In this document: piece after piece, positions 59,663 through 64,000 of the stretch
How the letters are laid out: each line of letters starts with the position of its first letter
How positions within the stretch are numbered: the stretch's first letter is position 1
Origin: an uncultured Parcubacteria group bacterium
Lineage (GTDB): Bacteria > Patescibacteriota > Minisyncoccia > UBA6257 > 2-01-FULL-56-20
Length of the DNA: 64,000 nt
Direction: 5' to 3'
NCBI GenBank assembly: GCA_903944135.1
Contig: CAJAQL010000016.1
Coordinates: 1,903 to 65,902 of the forward strand
Made by a program: the position numbers and the translations under genes
Notes under the pieces: generated by a model
Told to the model about the DNA's origin: nothing
Database searches by the model: none
What the model saw: the letters and a program-made list of their open reading frames with translations, nothing else

Positions 59663-61510
59663 ATGATCGAAGATGAAATAAGAGCAGCCGTCAAAAACGC
59701 CGCCGCAGAAGATGATATTGCGATCAGCGATCATGATATCAAGCTTGAACATCCCGCACTCGCGGAACATGGCGATTTTGCAACGAACCTCGCATTCCTG
59801 CTCGCAAAAAAACTTCGCAGGCAGCCCATGGAGATCGCCCGATCGATTGCCCGCGGCATTTCGTCGCCGCTCATCGCAAAAACCGAGGTCGCCGCGCCGG
59901 GGTTCATTAACCTTTGGCTCTCCGATGATTTTCTGAAAAAGGAAACTGCGGACATCATAACGGCGGGCTGTCGCTACGGTGCGCCGCAAAAGAAAAACCA
60001 GCGCGTGCTTGTGGAACATACGCAGATCAATCCCAACAAAGAGCCGCATATCGGCCACCTCCGAAATGCTTGCATCGGCGACGCGCTCATGAAGCTCTAT
60101 CATTTCGCCGCGTACGACGCCAAGGCGCTCTATTATCACAATGATGTCGGCCAGCAAATCGCATCGATCCTTCTTGCAGAGAAAAAAGCATTCGTAAAAT
60201 CGGACGGCTTTCCTACGACCATTGCATGGGCATCGGCGGCGTATACCGATATTGAAAAAAGGATGGAAGAAGACGAATCGTTAAAGAAAGAAAAAGAAAA
60301 GATCCAGATCGCGATCGCCGCCCAGGACACCAAGGAAGCGGCGCGCGCCGAAAAGCTTACGCTCGAGATATTGCATGAGACGCTCGATGTTCTCGCCAAG
60401 CTCAATATTTCCTATGACCTTATTGTCCGTGAAAGCGACATCCTGAAAGGAAAACTATGGGAACAGACATTTGAACTCCTGAAGACAAAATCGGCGTTCT
60501 ATCGCGCGACCGATGGCGAAAAGAAGGATTGTTGGCTCATCAAGATGCCGAACGCGGAAGATAAGATCATCGTCCGCTCGAACGGCGTGCCGACCTATGC
60601 CGGCAACGATATCGCGAACCATCTTTGGAAATTCGGCATTCTTCCCGATTTCCGCTACGAAAAAATTGATTGGAAAACCCAGCCGGAGCCGCTCTATATG
60701 ACCGTATCGGCTGGCGGCGAAGCGCGGCGCGACTTTTCGCATGCGGACGCCATCGTGAATGTCATTGACCAGACGCAGACCTATCCTCAGGAAAGCGTAA
60801 TGGAATCGCTCAGAGTTCTCGGATTTACCAAGGAAGCTGATCATTATCATCACGTGAACTACGGTTTCGTCTACCTCTCCCGAAAGACAGCTGAACAGCT
60901 CGGCATGCCGGTCGAAGACGGCGCAATGCAGGTAAAGATCAGCGGCAGGAAAGGAACGACGATTTCGATCCAAACCTTCCTTGAGAAGATGAAAGATACG
61001 CTCCGGGAAAAATACGGGGAATTTTCGTCGCTTGCGGCGGTCACGAGCGGTGCCATCAAATTCGAACTTTTGAAATACAATACTTATCAGGATGTTGTGT
61101 TCGATCTCGATGCCGCGCTCGATATCCACGGCATGAGCGGTCCCTATGTCCAGTACGCAGCCACGCGCGCAAAAAGCATTCTTGCAAAAGCATCGGAAAA
61201 ATATCGATCGGAAAAAGCGGCAGTGATCTCCATGCTCGGAACCGACGCCCTTCCGGAGAGCGAGAAAACGATCATCCGCACGCTCTATCGTTTTCCGGAG
61301 GTTGTTACAGCCTCATTGAACGATTTTGCGCCTCACTATCTCTGTCTCTATCTTTTCGAGCTTTCCCAAACCTGGAACTCTTTCTATAACGAAAACAGGA
61401 TCATCGGCTCGGAGCGGGAAGCAGAACGGATCATGCTCACGCGAAGCGTCATACAAATCCTCGAGAACGGCCTTGGCCTCCTTGGCATTGAAGCTCCGGA
61501 AAAAATGTAG
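59663..61510 (+). CDS. argS: Arginyl-tRNA synthetase
   Basis: N-terminal Add-1 domain, HIGH (PNKEPHIGHLRN) and a C-terminal DALR anticodon-binding domain. 615 aa, divergent from ileS. Confidence 0.93.
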   Translation: MIEDEIRAAVKNAAAEDDIAISDHDIKLEHPALAEHGDFATNLAFLLAKKLRRQPMEIARSIARGISSPLIAKTEVAAPGFINLWLSDDFLKKETADIITAGCRYGAPQKKNQRVLVEHTQINPNKEPHIGHLRNACIGDALMKLYHFAAYDAKALYYHNDVGQQIASILLAEKKAFVKSDGFPTTIAWASAAYTDIEKRMEEDESLKKEKEKIQIAIAAQDTKEAARAEKLTLEILHETLDVLAKLNISYDLIVRESDILKGKLWEQTFELLKTKSAFYRATDGEKKDCWLIKMPNAEDKIIVRSNGVPTYAGNDIANHLWKFGILPDFRYEKIDWKTQPEPLYMTVSAGGEARRDFSHADAIVNVIDQTQTYPQESVMESLRVLGFTKEADHYHHVNYGFVYLSRKTAEQLGMPVEDGAMQVKISGRKGTTISIQTFLEKMKDTLREKYGEFSSLAAVTSGAIKFELLKYNTYQDVVFDLDAALDIHGMSGPYVQYAATRAKSILAKASEKYRSEKAAVISMLGTDALPESEKTIIRTLYRFPEVVTASLNDFAPHYLCLYLFELSQTWNSFYNENRIIGSEREAERIMLTRSVIQILENGLGLLGIEAPEKM

Positions 61511-61760
61511 CGATATTTGCGTTGTGCCGCTTCTTTTTACCGTCGTCGCGGAAAGCGTGGACTCCCCTGCTTTTAAAGAAGAAAAAAGCCCGCGGTCCAA
61601 CTGCGTGGGCCATGTAACAAGAAAGAATCTCGCGATCATCGCTTGTGTTAGAATATAAATTGAGCGGCGTCGAGCTACTGTCCGACCGGACAGAAAAAGG
61701 AGCCAGCGCCCACGGTTTCCCATGCTCCGCCGCTCCTTTTTTAAAAGACTCTCATTATCC

Positions 61761-62204
61761 ATGCCAACCCCATCAACCATTACGGAAAATCGCCGCGCGA
61801 CGTTCGACTACGAATTCAAGGAAAGATTTGAGGCCGGCATTGAACTCCGCGGAAATGAAGTAAAAAGCGCCAAAGGCGGGCATTTCCAGATCGCCGGTTC
61901 GCAGGTTCTGATCCGCGGCGGCGAAGCTTGGCTCGTAAATTCCCATATACCACCGTATCAACCCAAGAATACACCCGAAGGATATATCGAAGATCGCGCA
62001 CGAAAACTCCTGCTCACCACAAACGAAATAAAGAGCATTACCGGCGCATTGCAGGATAAAAGCCGGCGCCTTATCCCCTTGCGCGCGTATCTCAAAAACG
62101 GCTTCATAAAGCTGGATCTTGGCCTCGGCAGTATTCGCAGGAAGTCCGACAAGCGCGAAGCATTGAAAAAACGCGCCCATATCCGCGAAATGCGGACCCT
62201 GTAA
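61761..62204 (+). CDS. smpB: SsrA-binding protein SmpB
   Basis: ...RRATFDYEFKERFEAGIELRGNEVKS...LLLTTNEIKSI.., classic SmpB. The ATG at 61761 follows an A-run/T-run hairpin; the ORF-track start at 61722 is extended. Confidence 0.88.
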   Translation: MPTPSTITENRRATFDYEFKERFEAGIELRGNEVKSAKGGHFQIAGSQVLIRGGEAWLVNSHIPPYQPKNTPEGYIEDRARKLLLTTNEIKSITGALQDKSRRLIPLRAYLKNGFIKLDLGLGSIRRKSDKREALKKRAHIREMRTL

Positions 62205-62288
62205 ACAATTGCCTTGAAATTTATTTTGAAACTCCTGTGCAAAACTTTTCTTGTGAAACCTCTCTCCCTAGGATATTATATTAAGTAA

Positions 62289-63272
62289 ATGAACTTCTTT
62301 AAAAACATATCTCGCGGCGAACAAATCGCCATCACGATCGTTGTTTTTTTTGTTTTCCTCATCCTTCCGTTGTGTATCGCGCTGATGTATTATCACGCCG
62401 GCCTTACTCTGAAACAGCAGATCTCTTCCCAATTGGAAGGTGAGAAAAGCGTTGCGAGCTCTGCGATTCAAATCAAGTTGAATCACCTTACGGACATAGC
62501 GTCATCAATGGCCGCATTGCCGAAAGTGACCGCGGATGCCGCAGCGGGACAGTGGACAGGTGCGGCGGATGCCGTGCGGGACGCGGAAAATGCCGTTTCG
62601 TTTTATGATACTTATATCGATCGCGTCGTTCTCTTTGACGGAAACGGCATCGAACAATCCGCGTACCCGACGCTCACCGGCGGAATCGGAACGAATGCCT
62701 CAAATGCGAGCTGGTACGCCACCGCGCGGCAAACCGGAACTCCGGTAGTGTCATCCGTCACCAAGCGCGGCGCGATTCCTTCTTTTGATATTATCGACAT
62801 AGCAACACCCATAAAGAACGGCGATGCCATCGTTGGATTTATCGTTCTGCAGATCCCCACAAGAAACTTCCTCGACTTCAACGATGCATTATCGATGGGA
62901 ACATACGGGTTCTCCTATATCGTCGATTCGGAAGGCAACATCGTAGCGCATCCCCGGTATTCATCAAGCGACCTCATTAATCTTGCATCGTCCGCACCGG
63001 TCAAAAATATCCTCGCCGGTCAAAGCGGAACCATGATCACCAACAATACATCGGAGAACCAGAATAATTTCCTTGTCTACGGACAGATTCCAAATTATAA
63101 TTGGGGCATTGTTATACAGGAACCTTATGATGATATTTTTGCACCCTACGAATCAATGATGAGAACCATGGAAGTTGTCGAGGTGATGTTGGGTGCGATA
63201 GATATTTTGATCTGCTACCTCGTCTTCAGATTTATCGACTCCCAAAGAAAAAAAGCGGCGGAAACGAAATAA
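62289..63272 (+). CDS. Membrane protein with an extracytoplasmic Cache/dCache-like sensor domain and no cytoplasmic output domain
   Basis: N-terminal TM, ~260 aa periplasmic domain with Cache-like features (GFIVLQIP...YGFSYIVDSEGNIVAHP), then a C-terminal TM plus a ~15 aa tail. Confidence 0.5.
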   Translation: MNFFKNISRGEQIAITIVVFFVFLILPLCIALMYYHAGLTLKQQISSQLEGEKSVASSAIQIKLNHLTDIASSMAALPKVTADAAAGQWTGAADAVRDAENAVSFYDTYIDRVVLFDGNGIEQSAYPTLTGGIGTNASNASWYATARQTGTPVVSSVTKRGAIPSFDIIDIATPIKNGDAIVGFIVLQIPTRNFLDFNDALSMGTYGFSYIVDSEGNIVAHPRYSSSDLINLASSAPVKNILAGQSGTMITNNTSENQNNFLVYGQIPNYNWGIVIQEPYDDIFAPYESMMRTMEVVEVMLGAIDILICYLVFRFIDSQRKKAAETK

Positions 63273-63284
63273 CACACTTATCGC

Positions 63285-63932
63285 ATGCTCATGTATTGCT
63301 TATCAAATAAAAAAAAGCACGCACGATCCCGATCCGCCTTTACGCTCATCGAATTATTGGTGGTTATCGCTATCATTGCGATCCTTTCGATCGTCGTCGT
63401 GCTCACGATAAACCCAGCGGAAATGCTCCGTCAATCGCGTGACTCCCAGCGCGTTTCAGATCTCAGCACTCTGCGCAGCGCCATATCGCTTTATCTCGTC
63501 GATTCATCGGCTCCAAATCTCGCTTCATCATCGTCGGGCTATGGCTACGGAGGCTGTTACCTTTCGACGACGGGCACTAATGCGACATCGGGTGCAAGAT
63601 GCGGCATCTTTACAAACAGCTACACAGCAGATGTTTCTGTCACTGCCGCGAACTATCGAAAGAACGATTCTACGGGATGGCTTCCGGTCAACTTTTCGCA
63701 GATAACCCTCAGCTCTCCCCTTTCTTCGCTCCCCGTAGATCCCCTCAATAATCTGACGAACTATTACGCTTATGCCGCAACGACGACAAACGGCGCCTAT
63801 TACTTCGAGATCGACACCTTTATGGAAAGCAAGAAGTATGGCGCAGGAGGAACGAACGACGTCGTCACGACGGATGGCGGCGATAATCCCAACGCCTACG
63901 AGATCGGCAACAAACCGGGACTGAATTTGTAA
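63285..63932 (+). CDS. Type IV pilin (prepilin with class III signal)
   Basis: ...RSRSAFTLIELLVVIAIIAILSIVV, a prepilin peptidase motif with the conserved E at +5 but A instead of G at -1. The C-terminal domain is Ser/Thr/Asn-rich. Confidence 0.78.
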   Translation: MLMYCLSNKKKHARSRSAFTLIELLVVIAIIAILSIVVVLTINPAEMLRQSRDSQRVSDLSTLRSAISLYLVDSSAPNLASSSSGYGYGGCYLSTTGTNATSGARCGIFTNSYTADVSVTAANYRKNDSTGWLPVNFSQITLSSPLSSLPVDPLNNLTNYYAYAATTTNGAYYFEIDTFMESKKYGAGGTNDVVTTDGGDNPNAYEIGNKPGLNL

Positions 63933-63943
63933 TCGTTTATTTT

Positions 63944-63975
63944 TAAAAGCCCCGCCATGATGGCGGGGCTTTTTC
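63944..63975 (+). terminator. Rho-independent terminator after the pilin gene
   Basis: AAAAGCCCCGCCAT-GA-TGGCGGGGCTTTTTC. Confidence 0.8.
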
Positions 63976-64000
63976 ATTTCCGTCATTCCGGGCTTGCCGA

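Noticed and set aside
61313-61780. Minus-strand 155-aa ORF overlapping the argS 3' end and the smpB start.
   Set aside because: It is antisense to two well-supported genes.

Overview
This 64 kb window is gene-dense bacterial chromosome (about 54% GC) with housekeeping and cell-envelope genes on both strands. Gene content and architecture look like a small-genome, Patescibacteria/CPR-like organism. That lineage call is inference from type IV pilus and competence genes, compact overlapping operons, a hinge-less short SMC, and tRNAs mostly without encoded CCA.

In window order:
- 1..7230: a partial secreted protein, tRNA-Ala, NUDIX, SMC-like ATPase, rnc, nusB, rpmF, and groES-groEL with CIRCE operator and promoter.
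- 7474..13098: trxB, a PAP2 phosphatase, a tRNA-Lys/tRNA-Asp locus with unusual repeat architecture, and ligA.
- 13242..19335: a PilX-like protein, radC, an OmpR-type two-component pair, ftsEX and tRNA-Val.
- 19494..26269: PIN-PhoH (PhoH2), mraY, a DD-carboxypeptidase, scpB-scpA and dnaX.
- 26285..36651: DedA, a coiled-coil repeat protein, folD, a YvcK-like protein, a polyprenyl-phosphate sugar transferase, an epimerase, glyA, and a dTMP-synthesis cluster dcd-CYTH-thyA-folA.
- 36734..42334: a type IV pilus assembly operon (pilM-pilN-pilO plus a small protein) divergent from comFC, then tRNA-Gly and lepB.
- 42541..52669: an EEP nuclease/phosphatase, a Lys-rich plus beta-barrel protein, a LOG-like protein, a CPSF-like beta-CASP RNase, a Mur ligase, ruvA, rpsT, secG, a peptide-family SBP and tRNA-Leu.
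- 52956..63932: rnj with a long disordered N-terminal extension, ileS, argS, smpB, a Cache sensor and a type IV pilin.

Most notable observations:
- ileS carries an internal histidine-phosphatase (PGAM-like, RHGE motif) domain of about 205 aa.
- tRNA-Lys sits at the centre of a ~150 bp palindrome, flanked by duplicated tRNA half-copies.
- An 18 bp copy of the tRNA-Gly 3' end lies before a ~400 bp AT-rich non-coding tract.
- A family of short GC-rich palindromic intergenic repeats recurs at no fewer than five sites.
- A 183 bp element with perfect 24 bp terminal inverted repeats sits beside a strongly signalled 76-aa ORF.

No CRISPR array or transposase was seen.
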